Origin: Desulfosudaceae bacterium
GTDB lineage: Bacteria > Desulfobacterota > Desulfobacteria > Desulfobacterales > Desulfosudaceae
DNA: 64,000 nucleotides
Reading direction: 5' to 3'
NCBI GenBank assembly: GCA_963674745.2
Contig: CAXXDV010000003.1
Location: forward strand, 320,001 to 384,000
Within the stretch, counting starts at the first letter, position 1; every line of letters starts with the position of its first letter. Positions 9,981-19,237 of this stretch are shown here, one piece after another. The notes under the pieces were generated by a model. The model ran no database searches, had not been told where the DNA came from, and worked only from the letters and a program-made list of their open reading frames with translations. Made by a program: the position numbers and the translations under genes.

Positions 9981-10012
9981 TAACCCGGATATTTCATGAA
10001 ATATCCGGGTTA
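9981..10012. repeat. Perfect 32-bp palindrome; partial copies elsewhere in window
   Basis: TAACCCGGATATTTCATGAAATATCCGGGTTA; half copies near 46992, 55449 and 58258. Confidence 0.75.
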
Positions 10013-10043
10013 GAAGACAGACTTTAAACCGGAATATTCCGCC

Positions 10044-11579
10044 ATGAAAACAAACAGGACCGTTAAGTCCTTTCGTTATACAGATCTGTTTGCATACCTG
10101 TTTTTGATCATCATCATTCTGATCGTTTTCGGACAGATCACCGGCCATGAATTCATTAATTTTGATGATGATATCTACATTACCAGCAATATTCATGTAA
10201 AAGCCGGTCTGTCATCCGAAAGCGTTGCCTGGGCATTGACAACCATGAAGGCGGAATTCTGGCACCCTTTGACGTGGTTGTCTTTGATGCTGGATACCCA
10301 ACTCTATGGCGTAAAAGCCGGCGGGTATCTGTTTACCGGCCTTTTACTGCATATATTCAGTACCCTTTTTTTGTTCGGAATTTTTAAAAACATGACCGGT
10401 TCCGTGTGGAACAGCGGGCTGGTGGCGGCACTGTTTGCGATTCACCCCCTGCATGTGGAGCCGGTCGCCTGGATCGCGGCGCGCAAGGACGTCCTGAGTA
10501 CCTTTTTCATGATGCTGACCGTATTGTGTTATCTCCGATATGTTAAAAAACCGGGTATGATAACGTACCTGTCGGTCTGTTTATGTTTTGCGGCCGGGTT
10601 AATGGCCAAACCCATGCTGGTGACATTGCCCTTTGTCCTGCTTTTACTTGATTACTGGCCCCTCGAGCGGGCAGGTGCAAACGGTGGCATTACTTTTTCC
10701 CGGGTGAAAGCCCGGGTATGGGAAAAAATACCTTTATTGTTTTTGTCCGCTGCCGCCGGTGCCCTCGCCGTGCTTGCACAGAAAGCCGGCGGGGGGATCG
10801 GAACAATGCAGACCTATCCGTTTTCCCTCCGCATAGCCAACGCGTTGGTGTCCTATGTCGGTTACCTGTCAAAAACCGTCTGGCCCCGTGACCTGGCTTT
10901 TTTTTATCCCTATCATTTTGATTTTTCGGCGGCCCGCACAGGCGTTGCGCTGACAGTTGTTGTTCTGTTGACATTATTATCCCTTAAACTGTGGAAGCGC
11001 TGTCCGTATCTTATCGTCGGCTGGCTCTGGTATCTGGGAACACTTCTGCCGGTGATCGGGCTCGTCAAAATCGGCGGGGCGGCCATGGCGGACCGGTACA
11101 CCTACATTCCGCTGATCGGTATCTTTGTTATGATCAGCTGGGGTGTCTCCGATTTGCTGAAGCATACGCGATGGAAAAGGGGCGCCTTTGGTGTTTTTTC
11201 CATTGTACTGATCATTCAGTTTATGGCCATTGCCCGGGTGCAAACCGGTTACTGGTCTGACAGCACACGCTTATTCGAACATGCTATTGAGGTCACGGAA
11301 GACAACTATATGGCCCATAATAATCTCGGCAATATCAAATTCCGGCAGGACAAAATTCATGAGGCCATGGCACATTATGCCGAAGCCCTGCGGATCAGGC
11401 CTGACTTTCCCGAAGCATTAAACGGGATGGGGGCTTCCCTGGTTCGCAGCGGAAGGATAGACGCGGCGATTGATTGTTTTCAACAGGCCCTGAGGTTGAC
11501 ACCGGATAACACGATTATACGTAACAACATTGACAAGCTCGAGGCTTTAAGCAAGAGCAGGAAGCAGAACCGTAACTGA
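10044..11579 (+). CDS. TMTC-like GT-C-fold membrane glycosyltransferase with C-terminal TPR repeats
   Basis: FINFDD acidic loop, WHPLT, FAIHPLHVEPVAW..RKD, ADRYTYIP; TPR motif AHNNLG. Confidence 0.8.
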   Translation: MKTNRTVKSFRYTDLFAYLFLIIIILIVFGQITGHEFINFDDDIYITSNIHVKAGLSSESVAWALTTMKAEFWHPLTWLSLMLDTQLYGVKAGGYLFTGLLLHIFSTLFLFGIFKNMTGSVWNSGLVAALFAIHPLHVEPVAWIAARKDVLSTFFMMLTVLCYLRYVKKPGMITYLSVCLCFAAGLMAKPMLVTLPFVLLLLDYWPLERAGANGGITFSRVKARVWEKIPLLFLSAAAGALAVLAQKAGGGIGTMQTYPFSLRIANALVSYVGYLSKTVWPRDLAFFYPYHFDFSAARTGVALTVVVLLTLLSLKLWKRCPYLIVGWLWYLGTLLPVIGLVKIGGAAMADRYTYIPLIGIFVMISWGVSDLLKHTRWKRGAFGVFSIVLIIQFMAIARVQTGYWSDSTRLFEHAIEVTEDNYMAHNNLGNIKFRQDKIHEAMAHYAEALRIRPDFPEALNGMGASLVRSGRIDAAIDCFQQALRLTPDNTIIRNNIDKLEALSKSRKQNRN

Positions 11580-11594
11580 TCTTCGGGACAAGCA

Positions 11595-14500
11595 TCACGC
11601 CTCATCCATTCTCGTATCTATCTCGGCACCGGTTAGCAGGTTTTTGATCATATTTTTCAGGTAGTGCAGGTCTTCCAGTATGATGTAACCACAGGGGATC
11701 AGCAGAAGCGTGATGAATGTTGCGAACATCACACCGAATCCCAGACTGATGGCCATTGGAATCAGGAACCGGGCCTGCAGGCTTTTTTCCAGAAGCATGG
11801 GGGTGAGCCCGCCGAAAGTGGTTACCGAGGTCAGGATAATGGCCCGGAAGCGTAATTTACCACTTTCAATGACCGCTTGCTGAGCGTCAAAATCGTTTTC
11901 CAGGCGGAGATGGTTGACGCGGTCGATGAGTACCAGTGAATCATTGACCACCACTCCGGAAAGACCGACAATACCCAGCAGGCTCATGAAGCTGATGTTA
12001 TAACCCATCAACAGGTGCCCCAGAACAGCGCCGACAATGCCGAAAGGAATGGCTGCCATCACGATCAACGGCTGAGAAAAGGACTTAAAGGGCACGGCCA
12101 GCAGCGCATAGATACAGAACAGGGCGATAATGAATCCCCTGCGGATATCACCCATGACCTCTTTTTGTTCCTGTCCTTCCCCTTCAATCGTATAGCGTAA
12201 ACCGGGGTATCGGGTTTTTAAAAGAGGGAGAAAGTCACTTTCCAGGCTCTGCCTGATCTGGCTGGCGTTGGACATCTTTTCGTTGACATCGGCGGAGACT
12301 TTGATGACGCGCAGGCGCTGAGCGCGATCAATGGCGGCGTAACCTCGTTGCATGTTTACCTCGGCCACCGCGGAAAAAGGGACCTCATTGCCGTCGGCAG
12401 TGCGAATACGCATCTCTTCGGCATTGCCCAGGGATTTGCGTTCTTCGTCCGGATAGCGGACAAGTACTTTGATCTCGTCTTTGTCCCTCTGAAAACGCAT
12501 GGCTTCTGCGCCATAAAAAGCGTGGCGGACCTGTTGGGCCAGGTCGGCCAGTTTCAGACCGAGGTTGTCCGCGGCCGGCTTCAACTTGAGCTGCATTTCC
12601 ATCTTGCCGGGCAGAAAACTGTCGTTTATGTCAAAGACGCCGGAAAAGCCTTCCAACTCGGTTTTTAACTCTTCGGCCGCCTTCATCAGCACATTGTGAT
12701 CGTCCAGGGACAGATGCACTTCTATCGGATTCCCGGCACTGTGGATCTGGCTCTGGAAAACCAGTGATTCGGCATCCGGGACTTTGCCCACCCGTTGCCG
12801 CCATTCCCGAACCAGATCGGCAGCACTGATATTGCGCTTTTCGCCTTCCAGCAGTTGTATCCAGACCTGGGCCAGGTGGCCGCCGCTGTCTGCACTGCCG
12901 CGGTGTCCGAACTGGGCGCCTATTAAAGAAACCGTGTGCTCCAGCAACGGCGGGGCGTCATCCGGCCGGTCGGCATCTTTTTCCGCCAGCAGCTGCTGAG
13001 CGGTTTCTTCGATGTGTCTGACCACCGCCGTGGTACGTTTTTGGGGGAATCCGGAAGGCATGGTTATCTTGCATTCCAGGACGTCGCCCTCCACTTTTGG
13101 GAAAAAGGTGTATTTGATAATGCCGGCCGACCAGAGCCCGAAAGTGAGCAGGAGAATGGCTATACCGAAAGCCAGAGTGGCGTATCGCCAGCGGACACAA
13201 AATGTCACCAGGTTGTGATAAGGGACCTGTACGATCCAATTCAACCAGCGGGTCATTCGTTTGGACCGATGTCCGGCTTTCTTTATCGCCTTGCTGCGGG
13301 ACAGGTGGGCCGGCAGAATAAACAGTGATTCTACCAGCGAACCCAGCAAAACCACGATAACCACCAGCGGAATGTTGCGCATGAACATCCCCATGGAACC
13401 GCCGATATTCAGCAGCGGCCAGAAAGCCGCCATGGTGGTCAGCACGGCGAAAATTACCGGACGGCCCACTTCAAGAGTGCCGTTGATTGAAGCTGTTAAC
13501 TGTGTGCCGCCTTCTTCCTGATGACGAAAGACGTTTTCGCCCACGATAATGGCATCGTCCACCACGATACCCAGCACCATAATAAAAGCGAACAGGGAGA
13601 TCATATTCAAAGAAACATCGTAATGGGGCAGCATCATCAATCCAAAAGCGAAACTGATGGGGATACCCAGGGTCACCCAGAAGGCCAGTCGCAGATTTAA
13701 GAAAGCACCCAGCAGCAAACTGACCAGCAGCAACCCCAGGGCCATGTTTTTCATGAGCAGGTCAATGCGGCTTTTCAGGATGGTGGACATATCCCGGTAG
13801 TAATCAACAGAAACACCTTCAGGCAGGGTGGGTTGCAGTTGCCGGACAAAACGTTTAACCGTGGCGGCCACCGCCAGTGCGTTCTGATCGGCCACCCGGT
13901 AAACATTAATAATGGCCGCAGGTTTTCCCTGAAAACCGGCATACAGGTCAACATCGGCAAAACCTTCTGTAATCGAGGCAATTCGGTCAAGGGTGATCCG
14001 GCTGCCGTCAGGTCTGGTGATCACCGGGATATCCCGGAATTCATCGGCATAATAGCAGCGTCCCTTGGTACGGATGAGCACCTCGCCGGCTTCGGCATCG
14101 ACTTTCCCGGCCGGCAGATCCAGGCTGCTGCGGTTTACGGCCTGGGCCACGGCGCCCAGGGTCAGGCCATATTCCCGCAGTGTGGTTTCCGAGACATCGA
14201 TGTGAATCTCACTGGGACGCACCGCCGCCAGTTCGGCCACGGTAACACCCTTGAGGTTGGTTAAATCGTCCTGGGCGGTTTGTGCGATGTGTTTGATGGT
14301 GGCTTCGGGTACGTCTCCGTATATGGCGACACTGATGACCTGGGTCCGCCGTGTGATTTCCCGGACGACCGGTTCTTCGGCTTCCTCGGGCAGGGTGGTA
14401 ATCCGATCCACCTCGGATTTGACTTCATCCAGCAGTTTTTTGATGTCCCAGCCCCCCATGACCTCGATGGTCACCGTTCCGGAACCTTCTCTGGAAACCG

Positions 14501-14747
14501 AATCGATCCGCTTGATGCCATCCAGGCCGGCCACGTTTTCCTCGACGCGCCGGACAACGCCCTCTTCCACTTCTGAGGGGGAGGCACCCGGATAAGCGAC
14601 GGAGATGCTGATTTTATCCAGCTCACTTTCGGGAAAGATTTCCAGTTTGATGCCCAGGGCGGTGACGATGCCGGCAACCAGAAAAAACAGCATGAGCAGG
14701 TTGGCGGCGACATGATTTTCTGCAAACCAGGCGATTGTCGTCCTCAT
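11595..14747 (-). CDS. RND efflux permease (AcrB/AcrD/AcrF family)
   Basis: 1050 aa; GIVVDDAIIVGEN, RFRAIILTS.TT and PMAISLGFG motifs. Confidence 0.93.
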   Translation of the reverse strand: MRTTIAWFAENHVAANLLMLFFLVAGIVTALGIKLEIFPESELDKISISVAYPGASPSEVEEGVVRRVEENVAGLDGIKRIDSVSREGSGTVTIEVMGGWDIKKLLDEVKSEVDRITTLPEEAEEPVVREITRRTQVISVAIYGDVPEATIKHIAQTAQDDLTNLKGVTVAELAAVRPSEIHIDVSETTLREYGLTLGAVAQAVNRSSLDLPAGKVDAEAGEVLIRTKGRCYYADEFRDIPVITRPDGSRITLDRIASITEGFADVDLYAGFQGKPAAIINVYRVADQNALAVAATVKRFVRQLQPTLPEGVSVDYYRDMSTILKSRIDLLMKNMALGLLLVSLLLGAFLNLRLAFWVTLGIPISFAFGLMMLPHYDVSLNMISLFAFIMVLGIVVDDAIIVGENVFRHQEEGGTQLTASINGTLEVGRPVIFAVLTTMAAFWPLLNIGGSMGMFMRNIPLVVIVVLLGSLVESLFILPAHLSRSKAIKKAGHRSKRMTRWLNWIVQVPYHNLVTFCVRWRYATLAFGIAILLLTFGLWSAGIIKYTFFPKVEGDVLECKITMPSGFPQKRTTAVVRHIEETAQQLLAEKDADRPDDAPPLLEHTVSLIGAQFGHRGSADSGGHLAQVWIQLLEGEKRNISAADLVREWRQRVGKVPDAESLVFQSQIHSAGNPIEVHLSLDDHNVLMKAAEELKTELEGFSGVFDINDSFLPGKMEMQLKLKPAADNLGLKLADLAQQVRHAFYGAEAMRFQRDKDEIKVLVRYPDEERKSLGNAEEMRIRTADGNEVPFSAVAEVNMQRGYAAIDRAQRLRVIKVSADVNEKMSNASQIRQSLESDFLPLLKTRYPGLRYTIEGEGQEQKEVMGDIRRGFIIALFCIYALLAVPFKSFSQPLIVMAAIPFGIVGAVLGHLLMGYNISFMSLLGIVGLSGVVVNDSLVLIDRVNHLRLENDFDAQQAVIESGKLRFRAIILTSVTTFGGLTPMLLEKSLQARFLIPMAISLGFGVMFATFITLLLIPCGYIILEDLHYLKNMIKNLLTGAEIDTRMDEA

Positions 14748-15943
14748 GAGGTGCTCTCCCCGGTGGGCTGGGTGTCGGGTGTCGGGGGCAAATCGAGGAA
14801 CCTCACTTTCATCCCGTCGGTAACCGCCTTGAGCGGTGAAATTACCGCCAGGTCGCTGTCTTGTAACCCGTTACGGATGATGACCCCCCGTTCATCTTTT
14901 CGGGCAATCTCCACCGGGCGGAAATACAAACGACCCGTGTCCGGGTCAACCACCCAGACGGCGGACTCTCCGCGCAGGGCGGCCCTGGGTAAGACTGCGG
15001 CCTGTTCCAGGGGGCGACCGGCAATTTCAACTTCTACAAACTGGCCGACAGCCAACGGGGGCTGAGTGGCATAGGGGGCGGGCACACGTATGATGATATT
15101 GACCAGACGGGTCCTGGCATCTATGGCGCCTTCCGCGCGGAAGACGCGACCTGACCAGGTCATTTCCCTGCCCGCCACCCGGGCCCGGATTGTGGCTTTG
15201 GAACCGGTTCCCAGGCCACTGGTAAATCCGGGGACGGCCAGCCAGTTCAGGTCGTTGTTTTCCAGGGGGACCACGATTTCGGCGGTGTCAGTGGCATAAA
15301 GACCGGCCAGAACCTGTCCGGGCGTGACATACTGGCCCACATCCACCTGCTCGTCGGCTACCCGGCCATTGAAAGGCGCGGTGATCCGGGTCCGTGCCAG
15401 GTTCAGCCGGGCCTTTTCCAGATTGGCTCGCTGGGCGTCCAGGCCGGCCCGGGCGGCCATCAGTTGCGGTTCCCTGGCCACCAAAGGAGGCACGGGTATA
15501 TCCGGATTGATTCGCCGCCATTCCGCCTTGGCGGCAGCGGATTCCTGGAGGGCTGTTGCGTAATGACTTTCCGCCTCTTTAACACCGGCTTCAGCCAGAA
15601 TAACGGCAATTTCATAATCCCTGGGGTCAATGACCAGCAGTTCTTCATCTTTGATAAAACTGCCGCCGTTGACCAGGTTGTCCGACACCTGCACAACCTG
15701 GCCGCTGATCTGGGGCACAAGCCGGCTTTCGGTTGTTGCCTGGACCGTCCCAAGGCCGGTGATGGCCATTTTTACGGTGCCGATGTGTACCGGAACCGTA
15801 CGCACCAGCGGCAGGAGGTACTCCGACTGTTGATGCGCAGGACCTTTCCGGCATGCTTTAAACAGCATTAATCCCGTCACACCGATAATGATAAGGCCCA
15901 GTGTCACTGCCGTTTGAATAATGATCTTCCGTTTAGTTGTCAT
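14744..15943 (-). CDS. RND periplasmic adaptor (membrane fusion protein)
   Basis: N-terminal TM; ITAPFNGRV lipoyl-like motif; coiled hairpin; overlaps permease start. Confidence 0.9.
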   Translation of the reverse strand: MTTKRKIIIQTAVTLGLIIIGVTGLMLFKACRKGPAHQQSEYLLPLVRTVPVHIGTVKMAITGLGTVQATTESRLVPQISGQVVQVSDNLVNGGSFIKDEELLVIDPRDYEIAVILAEAGVKEAESHYATALQESAAAKAEWRRINPDIPVPPLVAREPQLMAARAGLDAQRANLEKARLNLARTRITAPFNGRVADEQVDVGQYVTPGQVLAGLYATDTAEIVVPLENNDLNWLAVPGFTSGLGTGSKATIRARVAGREMTWSGRVFRAEGAIDARTRLVNIIIRVPAPYATQPPLAVGQFVEVEIAGRPLEQAAVLPRAALRGESAVWVVDPDTGRLYFRPVEIARKDERGVIIRNGLQDSDLAVISPLKAVTDGMKVRFLDLPPTPDTQPTGESTS

Positions 15944-15949
15944 GCTGTT

Positions 15950-17416
15950 TTATCCGTTAACATGAGGCCTCTCTCCTGTTGCTTCCTGCTCCCAGTTTCC
16001 GCCCAGCGCCCGGTAGAGAGAGATGCGGTTGGTATATATCTGATACCGTGTTTTAGTCAGGCTGATTTCTGCCTGGAAAACGGCCTGCTGAGCGTCCAGA
16101 ACATTCATATAGTCAATTAAGCCCCGCTGGTATCGATCCAGCGCGGTCTCTTGCGTGGCGTTTGCTTCATTATAAAATATCTGCAACCGGTCCAGACGTT
16201 CGATCTGCTGCTCCCGTGTCAGCAGAGCGCCTTCTACCTCGGCAAATGCGGTCAACAGTGTTTTGGCGTAGTCGGCAAGTTGCTGCTGATAGCGGGCCCT
16301 GGCAGCTTTTTCAATGGCCTTGAGCTTTCCGGCGTCGAACAGGGGCTGGAAAATTCCGGCACCGATTTGCCAGAGTTCGCTTTCCGGTTTAAAAAGAAAG
16401 TCCAGTTCGTCACTGGCATAACCAAAACTGCCGGTCAGCGATATTCGCGGAAAACGGTTGGCCCGGGCCACGCCGATGCGGGCGCAGGCCGCTTCCAGCG
16501 CGGCCTCGGCCGCGCGGATGTCGGGCCGCCGTTGAAGCAGGTCCGAAGGAAGCCCGGCCGGGACCGGCGGCGGCAGGACGAACCGGCCGGGCCTCACCGG
16601 GTTTATTTCTTCAACCGAAGGATAGACGCCCTGCAGGACGGCCAGCGATTGGCGCGCTCGTCCCAGGGCTTCAACCAGGGATGGAATTTCCGCCTGGTAC
16701 TGGGCCAGGGCCTGTCTGGCCTGATGAACGTCCAGAATGGACGCCAGACCCAGTCGATATCTGTTCTCAACCAGATCAAGGCTTTCCTGAATCGTTTTTG
16801 TCAGTTGCCGGGTGATCTGTAGCTGCTCGGTCAATGATTGCATGGAAAAATAACGGCTGACAGCTTCGGCAATCAGGGATTGCGCAATCGTCCGACTGTT
16901 TTCTTCGGCGGCCAGCAGGTCGGCCCGGGCCGCCTGCGAAGCCCGCAAGAGACGTCCCCATAGATCGACTTCAAACGACGCCGGAAAAGCCAGAGAGAAA
17001 GAATCGCTTTTGATAACGATGTTGTCCTCCGTAAGGGGGTTGATCATGGGCTGTTTTTGCCGCCCGGCCTGGGCGTCCAGTCCCAGTGCCGGGAAACGGG
17101 CGGCCCGGGCCTGGACCTTCAGGGCATGGGCTTCCAGGACACTGGCTGCGGCTTTCCGGATATCGGGATTGCCTGTGATGACATTGGCTATTACCTGGTT
17201 CAACCGGGGGTCTTCAAATTCTTCCCACCAGTTATCATCTGAATCCCGGGAAGTTTCTTTTGGCCGGATGCCGTCCACCACGGCCGATAGATACTTATCA
17301 GGCAGGTTCAAACCGGTATCCGGTCTTTCATAATCCGGTCCCAGGCGCAGGCAGCCGGGTATGGCCAGGCCGACGAGTATCGCTACCACTGTCAAAAGAC
17401 TTGACGCGCGATTCAT
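15950..17416 (-). CDS. Outer membrane efflux lipoprotein (NodT/OprM family)
   Basis: Lipobox IPGC; WWEEF.DP.L, FEVDLWG, GLPSDLLQRRPDI, LYRALGG. Confidence 0.92.
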   Translation of the reverse strand: MNRASSLLTVVAILVGLAIPGCLRLGPDYERPDTGLNLPDKYLSAVVDGIRPKETSRDSDDNWWEEFEDPRLNQVIANVITGNPDIRKAAASVLEAHALKVQARAARFPALGLDAQAGRQKQPMINPLTEDNIVIKSDSFSLAFPASFEVDLWGRLLRASQAARADLLAAEENSRTIAQSLIAEAVSRYFSMQSLTEQLQITRQLTKTIQESLDLVENRYRLGLASILDVHQARQALAQYQAEIPSLVEALGRARQSLAVLQGVYPSVEEINPVRPGRFVLPPPVPAGLPSDLLQRRPDIRAAEAALEAACARIGVARANRFPRISLTGSFGYASDELDFLFKPESELWQIGAGIFQPLFDAGKLKAIEKAARARYQQQLADYAKTLLTAFAEVEGALLTREQQIERLDRLQIFYNEANATQETALDRYQRGLIDYMNVLDAQQAVFQAEISLTKTRYQIYTNRISLYRALGGNWEQEATGERPHVNG

Positions 17417-17622
17417 GAATGTTGCGTCTCCGTTTTTAATTAGGGCCGAAGGAAACAATGCCGGGTTTTTCAGCCGGATTTACACACCCGTGTTCTATAT
17501 TTACAACGGGCTTTATGCCCGTGCAAAAAACCGCCGTGTATTTCAAACATGTATAAGAAACGATTGAAATATACGGCGGTATTAGTAAGTACCAGGTCCC
17601 CGGGAAAGTCCGTCTGTTCAGG

Positions 17623-19155
17623 TCAGACAGCCCGGGCCAGCGGATGCGCCTGTTCGATTCTGGCGAATTCCATATCAAGTTTTTTAAGGCGGTTTTTTGT
17701 TTCACTGTCCCTGGTCGTCATTTTTGTACCGGTGTTATCCGCTCCGATATCCTGAGCAGGCGTATTATATCCTTCCCATAGCGGGTGCAGGTTATGGAGC
17801 AGCCCTTCTTTGTAAAGATTTGCCAATGTATTTAAAAAAACCAGCAGGGCTTCATTCCCTTTCCGATGGTCCGTGGAAAGGGCCAGGTGAGGCTTGTCTT
17901 CCAGTATCTGACCGACCAGCCTGGTCAGGATGTCAGAGGGGCCGATCTCGACAAATATCCGGATTCCGTCCGCATACATTTGTTCAACCTGGGAAAAAAA
18001 GCGGACGGGTTTTTCGCAATGCGTTTTCAGCAGTTTGCGAAACAGGTCCGGATCATTGTTGACTTTTCGGCCGAACAGAAAAGAATATACATCACAATCC
18101 GCCGGCCGGAATGTCAACCCTTTCAAATATCGGAAAAATTTTTCCGCGACGTCTACGGCAAGCGGACAATGCGGTGCGGCTGAAATGGGGATGAGCTGGT
18201 TGCCGATATCTTCATCGTCAAGAATTTTATGGGCCCGGCGGACGGATTCCTTGACCCCGGAAAGAACAGTCTGCCGGAGCGTGTTGTAGTTCGCAATCCA
18301 GACATCGTCGATTCCGTTGGCATCCAGAATCTCCTGGATCTTTTCCGCAGACGCCATCACAATCAGGATACATCCCCGGGTCGCCAGGGGGCAGGCCACA
18401 CCCAGTTCACCGCGGTAGCGGATGGCGTCAAGCATTTTTTCACTGTCGAGAATGCCGGCGCACCGGAAAGCACTGATATCTCCGAAGCTATGGGCCGCCA
18501 CGGCGTCGGGATGAAGGCCCATTCCTGTGAGAAGGGCATAGATCGATTCTCCGACGACGGCAATGCCGGGATTTGTCCAGTCCGCGCCCGAAAGTCGCAG
18601 AAACGCTTCCCGGGCCGATGTTTCATCCATAATGTTTTCCGGAAAGACCACTTCCTGAACGGATTTGTCGCCAAAACGCGTGCTTCCGAGCCCGTTCCAG
18701 ATCCGGCGTGCCGTCGGGAATACGTCGGCCATCGGCCCTCCCATGCCCAGGTACTGGGCGCCCTGCCCGGGGAAGAGAAAAGCCGTACGTCCGAGAGGCG
18801 CGCCCCGGCCGTAAAACAGGCCGGCCGCTGGAAACGAAAACGGGGTCTTTGGATGCTCCTTGATCATTTTTCGTATCTGGATCAGTTTTTTTTCCAACTC
18901 CAGTTCAGTATAGGCGGTTAAGGCCATGCGCATTCCGGCGTTCATACCATTGTGGCCAAAATCCTGCTGAGATTGCCGGGAGACACGTTTAAGATATCCG
19001 ACCTGCTTTCGCTCTGCATCCAAGGCACTGATCCAGTGGTCGATTTGATCGATAATATCGTCGGAATGATCGCCGCAGCCAACTACCAGTTCAGGGATTT
19101 GATATCCCCTGTGTGCCGGTTTATTTCCGACATGTTGCCTGGTATCTGCATCCAT
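17623..19155 (-). CDS. Stand-alone acyltransferase (PfaB/FabD-like) with N-terminal KS-AT linker-like region
   Basis: FLFPGQGAQY, AHSFG nucleophile, IANYN, PVRF, FVEIGP. Confidence 0.85.
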   Translation of the reverse strand: MDADTRQHVGNKPAHRGYQIPELVVGCGDHSDDIIDQIDHWISALDAERKQVGYLKRVSRQSQQDFGHNGMNAGMRMALTAYTELELEKKLIQIRKMIKEHPKTPFSFPAAGLFYGRGAPLGRTAFLFPGQGAQYLGMGGPMADVFPTARRIWNGLGSTRFGDKSVQEVVFPENIMDETSAREAFLRLSGADWTNPGIAVVGESIYALLTGMGLHPDAVAAHSFGDISAFRCAGILDSEKMLDAIRYRGELGVACPLATRGCILIVMASAEKIQEILDANGIDDVWIANYNTLRQTVLSGVKESVRRAHKILDDEDIGNQLIPISAAPHCPLAVDVAEKFFRYLKGLTFRPADCDVYSFLFGRKVNNDPDLFRKLLKTHCEKPVRFFSQVEQMYADGIRIFVEIGPSDILTRLVGQILEDKPHLALSTDHRKGNEALLVFLNTLANLYKEGLLHNLHPLWEGYNTPAQDIGADNTGTKMTTRDSETKNRLKKLDMEFARIEQAHPLARAV

Positions 19156-19172
19156 GCTTTTTTCTCTCCATG

Positions 19173-19200
19173 GGAAAGGCCCCGGCCTTTCGGCCGGGGC
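19173..19200 (-). terminator. GC-rich GAAA-loop hairpin (weak terminator or mRNA stabiliser)
   Basis: GCCCCGGCC-GAAA-GGCCGGGGC followed by CTTT on minus strand. Confidence 0.45.
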
Positions 19201-19237
19201 GTGTTGTTATAAATTCCGGGAATTTCCCGGTTCATCA

